A DNA stretch of 50,051 bases from Candidatus Dormibacteria bacterium (GCA_050734395.1 JBOHUK010000025.1:1-50051), one strand, 5' to 3'. Counted from the stretch's first letter, positions 24,981 to 34,115 are shown. Notes: generated by a model not told the origin, from the sequence alone. Numbers and translations: made by a program.

Positions 24981-26428
24981 CCCGCTCCGCCCTGGCGGAG
25001 GCGCTCCAGCAGGCGCCCGGCCACCCCGTCGAAGCCGCGCACCGAGCTGCAGACCACGACCGCCGGCGCCTGCAGCCGTTCCCGCACCGCGTCGATCGCC
25101 TGCCCCGCCGAGTCCACCGCCAACGCCTCCGGCACCCCGGCCCGGGCCAGGACGTCGAGCGAGGAGACGGAGTCGGGCAGGCGGCGCTCCCGCGCCGGCT
25201 CGATCGGGCCGAGCACCAGGAGATCCAGGCCCGAGAAGGCGGAGCGGTAGTCCTCGAGGAGCGCCCGGGTCCGGGAGTAGGTGTGGGGCACGTGCACCAT
25301 CACCAGCTGGTGGGGCGGGGGAAAGGCCTCGCGGGCGGCGGCGATGGTGGCGCGGAGCTTGGTCGGGTGGTGAGCGTAGTCGTCCACCACTGTGACCCCA
25401 TCCACCTGGCCCAAGACCTGGAAGCGCCGCGCCGCCCCCTGGTAGGAGGCGGCGGCCGCGGCCGCCTGGTGCGGGTCGGCCCCCAGGGCCGTGGCGGTGG
25501 CCAGTGCCGCCAGGGCGTTGCTGAGGTTGTGGCGGCCGAAGAGCGGCAGCGCCAGCTCCACCCGCTCCCCCTGGGGACCCACCAGCGCCAGGAGCCGCCG
25601 CTCCCCCTGCGGCGGCGTCCCCGGCTGCGCCTCACGCCAGCCGTCGCCGCCCACCCCGAAGCCCTGGGCCGGGCCATGGTGCTGGCGGGCCAGCTCCGTG
25701 GTCGCGGAGTCCTCGGCGTTGTAGATCAGCAGCCCCGTCTTGGGGAGCTCGGCCAGCAGCTGGCGGTAGGGCTGCGAGTAGGCGTCGAGGTCGGGGTAGA
25801 GGTCGGGGTGGTCGAGCTCCAGGTTGAGCACCGCCACCACCTGCGGCCACCAGTGCAGGAACTTGGCCCCCTGGTCCAGTGCCGAAGTGGTGTACTCGTC
25901 GCCCTCGAAGACGAAGGGGCCCCCGTCCCGGTCGTCTCCCAGGCGGGCGGTCAGCGCGAAGTTGAGCGACGTGGCCCCGAGCCGGAACCCGGGCTCCAGG
26001 CCGCTCCCCTCCAGCATCCAGGCGCACAGGGCCGAGGTGCTGGTCTTGCCGTGGGTGCCGCAGATCACGGCCCGCGCCCGGCGGCTGGTGAGCCTGTGGT
26101 AGGCGGCCGCCTCGCTGATCAGGTCCACGCCGAGGGCCTGGGCCGCCACCAGCTCCGGGTTGCCCGCCTGGACCTGGTTGCCCAGGATCAGCAGGTCCGG
26201 ACGGCCCCAGCGCTCCAGGTTGCCGGGGTCGTGGCGACCGGCGAAGGGGATTCCCGCCTGCTCCAGCAAGAGCGTGGTGGGTGGGTAGGCGTCCTCGTCG
26301 GAGCCCGTCACCCGGTAGCCCAACTGGTGGCAGCAGAGCGCCAGTCCCGAAACCGCGTAGCCGCAGATGCCCAGGACATGAAGGTGGGCGCCGGGGCGGG
26401 GCCAGCCGGCCTCGGGTGGGGCCCTCAA
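24977..26428 (-). CDS. murC: Mur ligase in the murC position, with an Mpl-like N-terminal half
   Basis: From the TTG at 26428 (TTGA overlap with the murG stop). Motifs are LHVLGICGYAVSGLA...GYRVTGSDEDAYPP, GTHGKTSTS, EGDEY, NLELDH and VDDYAHHPTK...VPHTYSRTR. See findings for the MurC versus Mpl discussion. Confidence 0.85.
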   Translation of the reverse strand: MRAPPEAGWPRPGAHLHVLGICGYAVSGLALCCHQLGYRVTGSDEDAYPPTTLLLEQAGIPFAGRHDPGNLERWGRPDLLILGNQVQAGNPELVAAQALGVDLISEAAAYHRLTSRRARAVICGTHGKTSTSALCAWMLEGSGLEPGFRLGATSLNFALTARLGDDRDGGPFVFEGDEYTTSALDQGAKFLHWWPQVVAVLNLELDHPDLYPDLDAYSQPYRQLLAELPKTGLLIYNAEDSATTELARQHHGPAQGFGVGGDGWREAQPGTPPQGERRLLALVGPQGERVELALPLFGRHNLSNALAALATATALGADPHQAAAAAASYQGAARRFQVLGQVDGVTVVDDYAHHPTKLRATIAAAREAFPPPHQLVMVHVPHTYSRTRALLEDYRSAFSGLDLLVLGPIEPARERRLPDSVSSLDVLARAGVPEALAVDSAGQAIDAVRERLQAPAVVVCSSVRGFDGVAGRLLERLRQGGAG

Positions 26429-27525
26429 GCCGCGCGGCCGCCCTGGGCCAGCTCGCCCAGCAGGGCCGCCACCGCCGCCGCCGCCCCCGGCCTGGCCAGG
26501 GCGGCGCTGGCCTGGGCCATCTGCTGGAGCGTCCCCGGGGTCTCGAGCACCTCGCGCACGGTGGTGGCGAGGATCCCCGGCTCCAGCTCCTGGTCCGGGA
26601 TCAGGCGGGCGGCGCCCGCCTGCGCGTAGGGAACGGCGTTGGCGGTCTGGTGTTCGCCGGCGTGGGGGTAGGGCACGAGGATCATGGGCCGGCCCAGGCA
26701 CGCCACCTCGGAGAGCGAGCTGGCCCCGGCACGCATCACGGCCAGGCTGCAGCGGGCGAGCCGCTCGGCCACGTCGGTGGCAAAGCCCAGGACGGAGTAA
26801 CGCGAGCCCAGCGGCAGGCCTCGGCGCTCCGCCTCCTCCAGCACCGCCTGCTCCTCGTCAGGTCCGGTGAGGTGGGCGACCTCCAGCTCGGGCAGGGTCC
26901 GCAGCAGCTCCGGGAGAGCCTCCAGCAGCACCTGGTTGAGATGGCGGGCACCCTGTGACCCGCCCATCACCAGTAGGCTGGGCGGCGCCTCCGGCCGGGG
27001 GGGAGGGCCGGCGAGGCGGACGAAGCGCTGCCGGACCGGGTTGCCGACGCAGCGGCAGCGGGCCCGCGGGAGCAGGGCGGCGGTGTCGGGGAAGGAGGTG
27101 GCCACCAGCTGCACCCGCCCGGCCAGCCAGCGCACGGCCCGGCCGGGAAGGAGGTTCTGCTCGAGCAGGAGGACCGGCAGCCCCTGGCGGCGGGCGGCCA
27201 GCACGACCGGGACGCAGACATAGCCACCGGTCGCCAGCACCACCTGGGGGCGGAACTGGCGCAGCGCCGCCTGGGCCTGGCGCCAGACCAGGGGCAGCCG
27301 CGCAGCCAGCCGCGGCGCCGAGCTCAGCGGGCCTGAGCCCATGCTGCCCAGGCGCAGGCCCTGGAACTCGATCCCGGCCTCGGGCACCAGCCAGGACTCC
27401 GGGCCGCCCCGGCGTCCCACGTAGGAGATGGCGACCCCGGGGTCAGTCTGCCGCAGCGCCTCCGAGACCGCGATGGCTGGGGTGCAGTGTCCCCCCGTCC
27501 CGCCCCCGGTGATGAGCACGCGCAT
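26425..27525 (-). CDS. murG: Lipid II synthase MurG (undecaprenyl-PP-MurNAc-pentapeptide GlcNAc transferase)
   Basis: 366 aa starting MRVLITGGGTGGHCTPAIAV. Confidence 0.93.
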   Translation of the reverse strand: MRVLITGGGTGGHCTPAIAVSEALRQTDPGVAISYVGRRGGPESWLVPEAGIEFQGLRLGSMGSGPLSSAPRLAARLPLVWRQAQAALRQFRPQVVLATGGYVCVPVVLAARRQGLPVLLLEQNLLPGRAVRWLAGRVQLVATSFPDTAALLPRARCRCVGNPVRQRFVRLAGPPPRPEAPPSLLVMGGSQGARHLNQVLLEALPELLRTLPELEVAHLTGPDEEQAVLEEAERRGLPLGSRYSVLGFATDVAERLARCSLAVMRAGASSLSEVACLGRPMILVPYPHAGEHQTANAVPYAQAGAARLIPDQELEPGILATTVREVLETPGTLQQMAQASAALARPGAAAAVAALLGELAQGGRAA

Positions 27526-28696
27526 TTCCCGTCCCCACTCGGCGCTGCCGGGCCGAGATGTTGAGCAGGATGCCGGTGGCGGCCAAGGACAGCGCCAGCG
27601 ACGATCCCCCGAAGCTGATGAAGGTGAGCGGAACCCCGGTCGAGGGGATAGTGTCGGTCACCCCGCCGACGTTGATCAGCGCCTGGCCGACGATCCACAT
27701 GGTGATGGCCCCGGCCAGGAGCGTGCCCAGCCGATCCTGGGCCAGGCGCGCCGCCCGCAGCCCGCGGTAGGCGAAGGCGGCGAAGAGCAGCAGCACCGCC
27801 AAGGTCCCGAGCAGCCCCAGCTCCTCGCCGATGATGGCGAATATGAAGTCGGTGTGCGCTTCGGGCAGCGCCTGGGAGGTCGGCACGGCGCTGCCGAGCC
27901 CGGTGCCGGTGAGCCCGCCCACCCCGAGCGAGTAGAGCGCCTGGACCGCCTGGAAGCCGCTCCCCAGGGGGTGGGCGAATGGGTTGAGGTAGCTGAGCAG
28001 GCGCTCGGAGCGGTAGGGCTCGGCCTTGATCAGCAGCAGCACCGCCACCGCCGCCGCCGCCCCGATCCCGAGGAGGTGCCGGTACCGGGCGCCGGCCAGC
28101 AGCAACAGACCCAGCCCGACCATGCCCAGCACCACCGCCGAGCCCAGGTCCTTCTCCAGCAGCACCAGCCCGGCCAGCACCGCCAGCCGCCAGCCGAACT
28201 GCATCACCCCATCGCGGAAGTCGCGGATGGTGGCGCCCAGGCGCGCCAGCCACACCGCCCCGCCGATGACGGTCAGGAACTGCGCCAGCACGCTGGGCTG
28301 GAGCTCCATCGGGCCGAGCCGGATCCAGCGCCGCGCCCCCTGGACCTCCACCCCGATGTGGGGCACCAGCACCGCCAGCAGCAGGCCGACGGTGCCCAGC
28401 GCCAGCCACGGGGCCAGGCGCGACCAGCGGTGGTAGTCGACCTTGGCGCAGACGACCAGCGCCGCCAGGCCGAGGCCGAGCCAGAGCGCCTGGCGCTCCA
28501 CGAAGTAGGCGGGGTTGCCGTAGTAGGAGTAGGCCAGCGCCTGGCTGGAGGTGTAGACGACGATCAGCCCCAGGCCGCACAGCGCCAGGGTGACCAGCAG
28601 CAGCCAGGGGTCGAGCTCGGGCAGCGGCAGTCTCCGCCCGGCGGCTCGCGCCCGCCCCTCACCGGCGGGGAGCCAGCGCTCGACGTGGGCGATCAA
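27443..28696 (-). CDS. ftsW: SEDS-family peptidoglycan glycosyltransferase FtsW
   Basis: From the TTG at 28696 (TTGA overlap with the mraY stop). Multi-TM, with PEAHTDFIFAIIGEELG and GVPLTFISFGGSSL. The 3' tail overlaps murG by 83 nt. Confidence 0.88.
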   Translation of the reverse strand: MIAHVERWLPAGEGRARAAGRRLPLPELDPWLLLVTLALCGLGLIVVYTSSQALAYSYYGNPAYFVERQALWLGLGLAALVVCAKVDYHRWSRLAPWLALGTVGLLLAVLVPHIGVEVQGARRWIRLGPMELQPSVLAQFLTVIGGAVWLARLGATIRDFRDGVMQFGWRLAVLAGLVLLEKDLGSAVVLGMVGLGLLLLAGARYRHLLGIGAAAAVAVLLLIKAEPYRSERLLSYLNPFAHPLGSGFQAVQALYSLGVGGLTGTGLGSAVPTSQALPEAHTDFIFAIIGEELGLLGTLAVLLLFAAFAYRGLRAARLAQDRLGTLLAGAITMWIVGQALINVGGVTDTIPSTGVPLTFISFGGSSLALSLAATGILLNISARQRRVGTGNARAHHRGRDGGTLHPSHRGLGGAAAD

Positions 28697-29661
28697 AGGG
28701 CGCCCCGCGGGAGCCCCGCGGCGACCGCCCAGTAGGCGGCGACCGCCGCCGCCACCGCCGCCAGCGACCACAGGCGCAGGTCCACCCCCCACTCGCTCAT
28801 GCCGCCCTCCTCCAGGTGGTGGTGGAGCGGGCTCGCCCGGAAGAGGCGGCGGCCGTGGGTGAGCTTGACGTAGCCAATCTGCACCGTCACCGAGCCCGCC
28901 TCCAGCACCAGCACCAGCGCCAGGAGGGGCAGCAGCACCAACGCCCCCACCTCCACCGCCGCCACCGCCACCACCAGACCCAGCGCCAGTGAGCCGGCGT
29001 CGCCCATGAAGACCCGGGCCCGGGGGCGGTTGTAGAGCAGAAAGGCGAGCAGCACCGCGCAGAGACAGAGGCAGATGGTGGCGAGCCCAGTGCGGTGCTC
29101 GACCGCGCCCAGGGCGGCGCAGGCGCCGAGGGCCGGGATGGCCGCCCCGGCCGCCAGCCCGTCCACCCCGTCGGTGAGGTTGGCGGCGTTGCCGGTCCCG
29201 AGGATGGCGAAGGCCGCCAGGGCTAGCCCGCCCACCCCCAAGTCGCGGACGCCCAGCAGGGGCACGGTCTGGCGCAGGGCGCCAACCGCGAACAGCCCCA
29301 CCGCCAGCAGGGCGGCGCAGCCCATCAGCACCACCAGCTTCGGGCGCAGCCGCAGCCCCTCGCCCCGGTGCACCTTCGCCCAGTCGTCGGCCAGGCCAAC
29401 CAGGCAACCCAGCGCCGCCGCCCCGGCGAGCAGCCCGCCGGCGGCATCGCGGGCGACGATCGCCCACACCGCCACCGCCGCCGCGGCGAACAGCACCCCG
29501 CCCGCGGTCGGGGTGCCGGACTTGGCCAGGTGGCTCTGGGGAACGTCGGCGCGGACCACCTGGCGCAGGCCCAGGCGCTGCAGGCCCCAGATGGCCGGGG
29601 GATAGGCGACGACCCCGCCGGCGAGGGTCCCCACCGCCGCCACCCAGTTCATCCGGGGCAT
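28693..29661 (-). CDS. mraY: Phospho-N-acetylmuramoyl-pentapeptide transferase
   Basis: 322 aa with HLAKSGTPTAGGV...NLTDGVDGLA...MGDAGSLALG. Confidence 0.93.
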   Translation of the reverse strand: MPRMNWVAAVGTLAGGVVAYPPAIWGLQRLGLRQVVRADVPQSHLAKSGTPTAGGVLFAAAAVAVWAIVARDAAGGLLAGAAALGCLVGLADDWAKVHRGEGLRLRPKLVVLMGCAALLAVGLFAVGALRQTVPLLGVRDLGVGGLALAAFAILGTGNAANLTDGVDGLAAGAAIPALGACAALGAVEHRTGLATICLCLCAVLLAFLLYNRPRARVFMGDAGSLALGLVVAVAAVEVGALVLLPLLALVLVLEAGSVTVQIGYVKLTHGRRLFRASPLHHHLEEGGMSEWGVDLRLWSLAAVAAAVAAYWAVAAGLPRGAL

Positions 29662-29662
29662 C

Positions 29663-31459
29663 TTAGGGTTGCAACTTGAAGCGGTTGATCAGCACCTGGC
29701 TCACGGCCCGGGTGGTCGGGGCGGCGTCGTAGGCGCCTTCGCGCTGGGCCGCCGGCACCTGGGGCGCCCGGATGATGCAGAACAGGGTGTACTGCGGGTC
29801 ACTGGCGGGCAGGAACTCGGCGAAGGAGTCGATGGTGTTGGCACCGTAGACCCCGTCCTGGGCCACCGAGGCGGTGCCGGTCTTGCCGGCGATCTCCCCC
29901 TTCCAGGTGGGCCAGATCCGCGCCTCGTAGCCCGAGGCCCCGGTGACGTCCACCACCCCGACCATCATCTGCGCCAGGGTGGCGGCGGTCTGCGTCGAGA
30001 TCACCCGGCGGGTGCGGGGCTGGACATAGGTGGTGGGCTGGCCGCCGCCACTGATCGAGGTGACCACGTGGGGCTGGACCCAGACCCCGCCGTTGGCCAC
30101 GGCGTTGATGGCCGCCATCACCTCGACCGGGGTGGCCACCACCCCCTGGCCAAAGCTGGCCGTGGCCAGCTGCAGGGGCTGGAGCGAGGAGAGCTGGGGC
30201 AGCCGCTGGCTGGCCTCGCCGGCCAGGTCGATGCCGGTGGGCTGGCCGATGCCGAAGTTCTCCATGTTGTCGTAGAAGGGCCGGCCCCCCTCCAGCTCCT
30301 CCACGTGGACCGCCCCGGCGTTGAGGGAGTCCTCGAGCACCCAGTTGTAGGTGATCACCCCGTGATAGCGGTGGTCCCAATCCTGGATGGTCACGCCCTG
30401 GACGGTGGCAGCGGCCGCGGTCTCGTCGAAGGTGGCGTCAGGCGTGATCGTCCCCCGCTGCAGCGCCCCGGCGAAGGTCACCACCTTCATCACCGAGCCC
30501 GGCTCGTAGAGGTCGGCGACGCCCTGGTCCCGGAAGAGGCTCACCGGCTCGCTGGCGTAGTCGTTGGCGTTGTAGGAGGGGTAGTCGGCCCAGGCGACGA
30601 TCGCCCCGGTGTGGGCGTTCATCACCATCATGGTCCCGGAGGCGCCGTTCACCTTCTTCACCTCCTGGGCCAGGTCCTGCTCCACCGCCCACTGCACCGT
30701 GGCGTCGAGCGAGGTCTGCAGGTTGCGGCCGTTGACCGCCTTGGTGGTGGGCTGGTCCCCGAGCACGACCGGGTCTCCCTGGAGGTCCGAGACCACCGAC
30801 TCCCGCCCGGCGTGGCCCGCCAGCTGGCGGTTGTAGTAGCCCTCGAGGCCGTACTGCCCCTGGCCGTTCTGGTTGACGAAGCCGAGCAGGTCCGAGGCCA
30901 GGCTGGTGCCGGGGACCGCGCCCGGCCCGTAGCTGCGCACCTCGCGCCGCAGGCTGCCGATCCCCTGCAGGTTGAGGTGGCGCAGTCGCGACTCCACCGC
31001 CGGGGGCTGGGTGCGGGCTAGATAGACGAACTCCAGCGGTTTGGCCAGCAGAGTGGCGAGATGGGCCGCAGACAGGTGCAGCACCGCGGCCAGCAGGTCC
31101 GCCTCGCGCAGCCGTTGCGACGCGGGGATCTGCTTGGGGTCGGCGAAGATGTCGTAGGCGGCGGCGTTGCCGGCCAGCACCTGCCCGGAGTCGTCGAGGA
31201 TCAGGCCCCGGGTCGCTGGGATGCTCACCGACTGCACCTGGTTGGAGATGGCGGCCGCCGCCAGCTGCGGGCCCTGGCCGAGCTGGATGTCCACCAGCCG
31301 CGCCGCCAGTCCCACCACCGCGACCAGCAGCAGCAGGGCGAGGGCGATCAGCCGCGGCCCCGGGGCGGGGGTGCGATGCGCCCCCGGCCCTCTCTGGGCG
31401 AGGTCGGCGGGACGGCGCGGGCGGGTCGGGGTGCTGTGGTTCTGGCGCCGGTCGGCCAA
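29663..31459 (-). CDS. ftsI: Class B penicillin-binding protein (FtsI-type transpeptidase)
   Basis: 598 aa with an N-terminal TM. Motifs are SxxK (GSVMKV), SxN (DSLNAG) and KTG (AGKTGTA). TTG start. Confidence 0.9.
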   Translation of the reverse strand: MADRRQNHSTPTRPRRPADLAQRGPGAHRTPAPGPRLIALALLLLVAVVGLAARLVDIQLGQGPQLAAAAISNQVQSVSIPATRGLILDDSGQVLAGNAAAYDIFADPKQIPASQRLREADLLAAVLHLSAAHLATLLAKPLEFVYLARTQPPAVESRLRHLNLQGIGSLRREVRSYGPGAVPGTSLASDLLGFVNQNGQGQYGLEGYYNRQLAGHAGRESVVSDLQGDPVVLGDQPTTKAVNGRNLQTSLDATVQWAVEQDLAQEVKKVNGASGTMMVMNAHTGAIVAWADYPSYNANDYASEPVSLFRDQGVADLYEPGSVMKVVTFAGALQRGTITPDATFDETAAAATVQGVTIQDWDHRYHGVITYNWVLEDSLNAGAVHVEELEGGRPFYDNMENFGIGQPTGIDLAGEASQRLPQLSSLQPLQLATASFGQGVVATPVEVMAAINAVANGGVWVQPHVVTSISGGGQPTTYVQPRTRRVISTQTAATLAQMMVGVVDVTGASGYEARIWPTWKGEIAGKTGTASVAQDGVYGANTIDSFAEFLPASDPQYTLFCIIRAPQVPAAQREGAYDAAPTTRAVSQVLINRFKLQP

Positions 31460-31463
31460 GGGA

Positions 31464-31874
31464 TCAGCCGCCGCGCAGGGCGACCAGCACCGGGGTCAGC
31501 GGGTCGGACCCGGACTGGGGGGTGATCACCTGCCAGGTCGGCGGCGGCGCCATGCCGAGGTGGGTCGCCGCCTGCGAGACCTGGCCGGCGCTCTGGAGCT
31601 GGTCGAGGCGCTGCTGCTGCAGCTGGGCCTGCTGCTGCAGCTGCGCCCGCTGGGCGCGGAGCGCGGCTATCTGGTAGGTGAGCTGCGTCGCCCGCGCCGA
31701 CTCGGCGGCGTAGAGGGTGCCGATCACCACCAGCGCCACCAGCCCGGGCAGCAGCAGCCACGCGGCCAGGGTGCGGGGCAGGCGCCGACCCCGAGTGCGA
31801 GGGCGCGCCGCCTCCTCCTCGTCGAAGGGCAGGGCAAGACCGCGGAGCCGACCGGGGAAGGCGATGGATGTCAT
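31464..31874 (-). CDS. ftsL: FtsL-like division protein (single TM + coiled coil)
   Basis: From the ATG at 31874: MTSIAF...LAAWLLLPGLVALVVIGTLYA...QIAALRAQRAQLQQQAQLQQQRL. Called from position and topology only. Confidence 0.6.
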   Translation of the reverse strand: MTSIAFPGRLRGLALPFDEEEAARPRTRGRRLPRTLAAWLLLPGLVALVVIGTLYAAESARATQLTYQIAALRAQRAQLQQQAQLQQQRLDQLQSAGQVSQAATHLGMAPPPTWQVITPQSGSDPLTPVLVALRGG

Positions 31875-31950
31875 CTGTGCTGCTATGTGGGGTGGAGCGT
31901 TGAGGGGACGGTGTGGGCGGGCGGCGCAGGGGGCGGGGAGCGCCCCAGGC

Positions 31951-32964
31951 TCAGGGGCCGGGGTCGGGCAGGCGGTGGGCCACCCGCAGCTGGGCGGAGC
32001 GCGCTCTGGGATTGCGCTCCACCTCGGCCCGGCTGGGCTTGAGCGAGCGGCGGATCGGGAGGGAGAGGGTGGCCCGATGGGCGCAGGTGCAGACCATTTG
32101 TTGGGGCGGGCAAACACAGTCAGTTGCAAGGACGTTGAGGGAGCGTCTGGTGATTCTGTGCTCGGAAGGTTGGAAGGAGAGCGCCCCAAGTCGCCCATCG
32201 GGCCGAAGAATTCGTGTGGCTGCCACCAGGCCGGAGCGGAGCTCCTCGAGCTCGTCGTTCACGGCCACGCGCAGGGCGAGAAAGACCCTGGTGGCGGGGT
32301 GGATCCGCCGCGGCCAGCGCCCGCGGGGCACTGACTCGGCGCAGATCTGCGCCAGCTCGGCGGTGGTGCGGAGCGGAGCTCGCTGGCGCCGGCTGGCGAT
32401 GGCGCGGGCGATGGGACGGGCGTGCCGCTCGTCGCCCAGCTCCGAGAACATGCGCGCCAGCTCCATCTCGCTGGAGCTGGCCAGCAGATCGGCGGCGGTG
32501 AGCACCTGCTCGCCGGGGGAGAGGCGCATGTCCAGGGGTCCGTCGGCCTGGAAGCTGAACCCCCGCGAGGGATCGTCGAGCTGGACCGAGGAGATGCCCA
32601 GGTCCAGGACGACGATGTCGGCGCGGATCCCCTCCTCCAGGGCGACGCGCTCCAGCTGTGAGAAGCGCGCGGTAACCGCCTTGAAGGCCGGGCCATAGCC
32701 GACGAAGCGCTCACGGACGGCGGCAACAGCGGACGGATCTCGATCTAATGCCAAGACCCGCCCGCCTGGGAGGACGTGCTCCAGGAAAGCCGCCGAGACC
32801 CCGCCGGCGCCCGCGGTGGCGTCGACGACGGTCTGGCCGGGGCGCGGCTGCAGCTGCTCCAGCAGCTCAGCCAGCATCACCGGCTCGTGGGTGCCCAGCG
32901 GGCGGCGCGCGGCCCGCTCGCTGCGCGCCCGAGGCAAGTTCACCACCCCCAGCATGACGCTCAT
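31951..32964 (-). CDS. rsmH: 16S rRNA (cytosine1402-N4)-methyltransferase
   Basis: From the ATG at 32964 (ATGA overlap with mraZ). Motifs are HEPVMLAELL...VDATAGAGG...LDLGISSVQLD...FQPSEHR. Confidence 0.92.
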   Translation of the reverse strand: MSVMLGVVNLPRARSERAARRPLGTHEPVMLAELLEQLQPRPGQTVVDATAGAGGVSAAFLEHVLPGGRVLALDRDPSAVAAVRERFVGYGPAFKAVTARFSQLERVALEEGIRADIVVLDLGISSVQLDDPSRGFSFQADGPLDMRLSPGEQVLTAADLLASSSEMELARMFSELGDERHARPIARAIASRRQRAPLRTTAELAQICAESVPRGRWPRRIHPATRVFLALRVAVNDELEELRSGLVAATRILRPDGRLGALSFQPSEHRITRRSLNVLATDCVCPPQQMVCTCAHRATLSLPIRRSLKPSRAEVERNPRARSAQLRVAHRLPDPGP

Positions 32965-33422
32965 GCCGGCGGGATCTCCTCGGCCTGTTGGCGGCGCTGG
33001 TCCACGACCGTCTGCCGCATCGCTTCCCACTCCTCGATCCCGAGGGGCGCGGACTGGGCGCCGAAGCCGGCCTCGGAGTGGACCTCGACCACGTTGTTGA
33101 CCCCGACGAAGACCACTCCGGACTGGAGGCCGGCGTGCTGGCGGAGGTGGGGCAGCAGCAGGATTCGGCCCTGGGCGTCCCAGGTGATCTCCTGGGAGGA
33201 GGCGAAGAGGCGGCGCAGGTACGAGGAGTACCCGGTCTGGGCGGTGGGGTCGTAGCGGAGCTCGCCGGTCATCGACTCCCACTCCGGCTGGGGATACATG
33301 AGCAGGTAGCCGGCGGGGTGACCGGTGACCCAGCCGCCGCGCAGGCCCTCACGGAAGCGCGAAGGGATGGCGACTCGCCCCCGCTCGTCGAGGGCGTGAT
33401 CGAACCTCCCAAAGAAGGCCAT
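32961..33422 (-). CDS. mraZ: Transcriptional regulator MraZ
   Basis: 153 aa starting MAFFGRFDHALDERGRVAIPSRFRE, with a second SpoVT/AbrB-like half. Confidence 0.93.
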   Translation of the reverse strand: MAFFGRFDHALDERGRVAIPSRFREGLRGGWVTGHPAGYLLMYPQPEWESMTGELRYDPTAQTGYSSYLRRLFASSQEITWDAQGRILLLPHLRQHAGLQSGVVFVGVNNVVEVHSEAGFGAQSAPLGIEEWEAMRQTVVDQRRQQAEEIPPA

Positions 33423-33503
33423 CTCGTCCCCCTACCTCGGTCCATCCCGGCTGACTCTCAAACCTCTTCACCACAATTCCCCCGCACCCGGAGGCTGGGC
33501 GGC

Positions 33504-33532
33504 ACTGTAGCACGCCGGAGCCCGGTGGTCAA
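33504..33532 (-). promoter_or_regulatory. Candidate sigma70-type promoter of the dcw cluster (TTGACC-N17-TACAGT)
   Basis: The minus strand reads GATTGACCACCGGGCTCCGGCGTGCTACAGTGCC, about 80 nt upstream of the mraZ ATG. GGGGGA lies just before the ATG. Confidence 0.5.
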
Positions 33533-33628
33533 TCACTTGCGCCAATTCAGTGGGAAGGGTGGCGGGCTAGACCACACTCGCTCCAGATCTGGGGGAATGA
33601 TCCCTGGCCCGCTGCGGCGGTGGGAGGC

Positions 33629-33650
33629 GCAGGGGGGCGAACCCCCCTGC
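33629..33650 (-). terminator. Perfect 9-bp GC hairpin just 3' of rnpB
   Basis: The minus strand reads GCAGGGGGG-TTCG-CCCCCCTGC. No U-tract follows, so its role as a terminator or processing signal is uncertain. Confidence 0.3.
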
Positions 33651-33657
33651 GGGGCGA

Positions 33658-34053
33658 GGAAGGCGGGCGGTAAGCCGAGTTCTGTGCCCACTCGGGCCTC
33701 CCGCGCAGCGGGCTCCCCCCGAGGGGCGATGGCCATCCATCTGCGACGGCGGTTGCCCGCCGCCTCTAGCGACCCACCCGGGTGCTGGCTGGGCGGGCCG
33801 CCCAGGGGACCCTGGGTCCCGCACCCTGCCGGGTCTTGCTCCGGACGGGGTTTACCTGGCCAGCCGGTCTCCCGGCTGCCGGTGGGCTCTTACCCCACCA
33901 TTTCACCTTTGCCGGCGACGCCGCCGGCCGTGTCTTTCTGTGGCACTCTCCCTGAGGTTTCCCTCGCCGGGTGTTGCCCGGCGTCCTGCCCTGCGGAGCT
34001 CGGACTTTCCTCGACCGGGCCCGCGCCCGGCCGCGGCCATCTGCCCGCCATCC
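33658..34053 (-). ncRNA. rnpB: RNase P RNA, bacterial type A
   Basis: The minus strand carries the universal P4 halves GAGGAAAGTCCGAGCTCC and ACAGAACTCGGCTTA. It also has AAGGTGAAATGGTGGGGTAAGAGCCCACC and CCGGAGCAAGACC, which parallel the E. coli M1 RNA segments. P1 pairing is GGATGGCGGGC/GCCCGCCTTCC. The ends are accurate to a few nt. Confidence 0.9.
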
Positions 34054-34059
34054 GGGTGC

Positions 34060-34087
34060 ATCCTACCTCGGGCCCGGGCAGTTCCCA
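34060..34087 (-). promoter_or_regulatory. Candidate rnpB promoter (TGGGAA-N16-TAGGAT)
   Basis: The -10 ends 6 nt before the predicted rnpB 5' end at 34053. Confidence 0.35.
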
Positions 34088-34115
34088 GACGCGCGCCGGG
34101 GCAGCGGCTCGGGGC

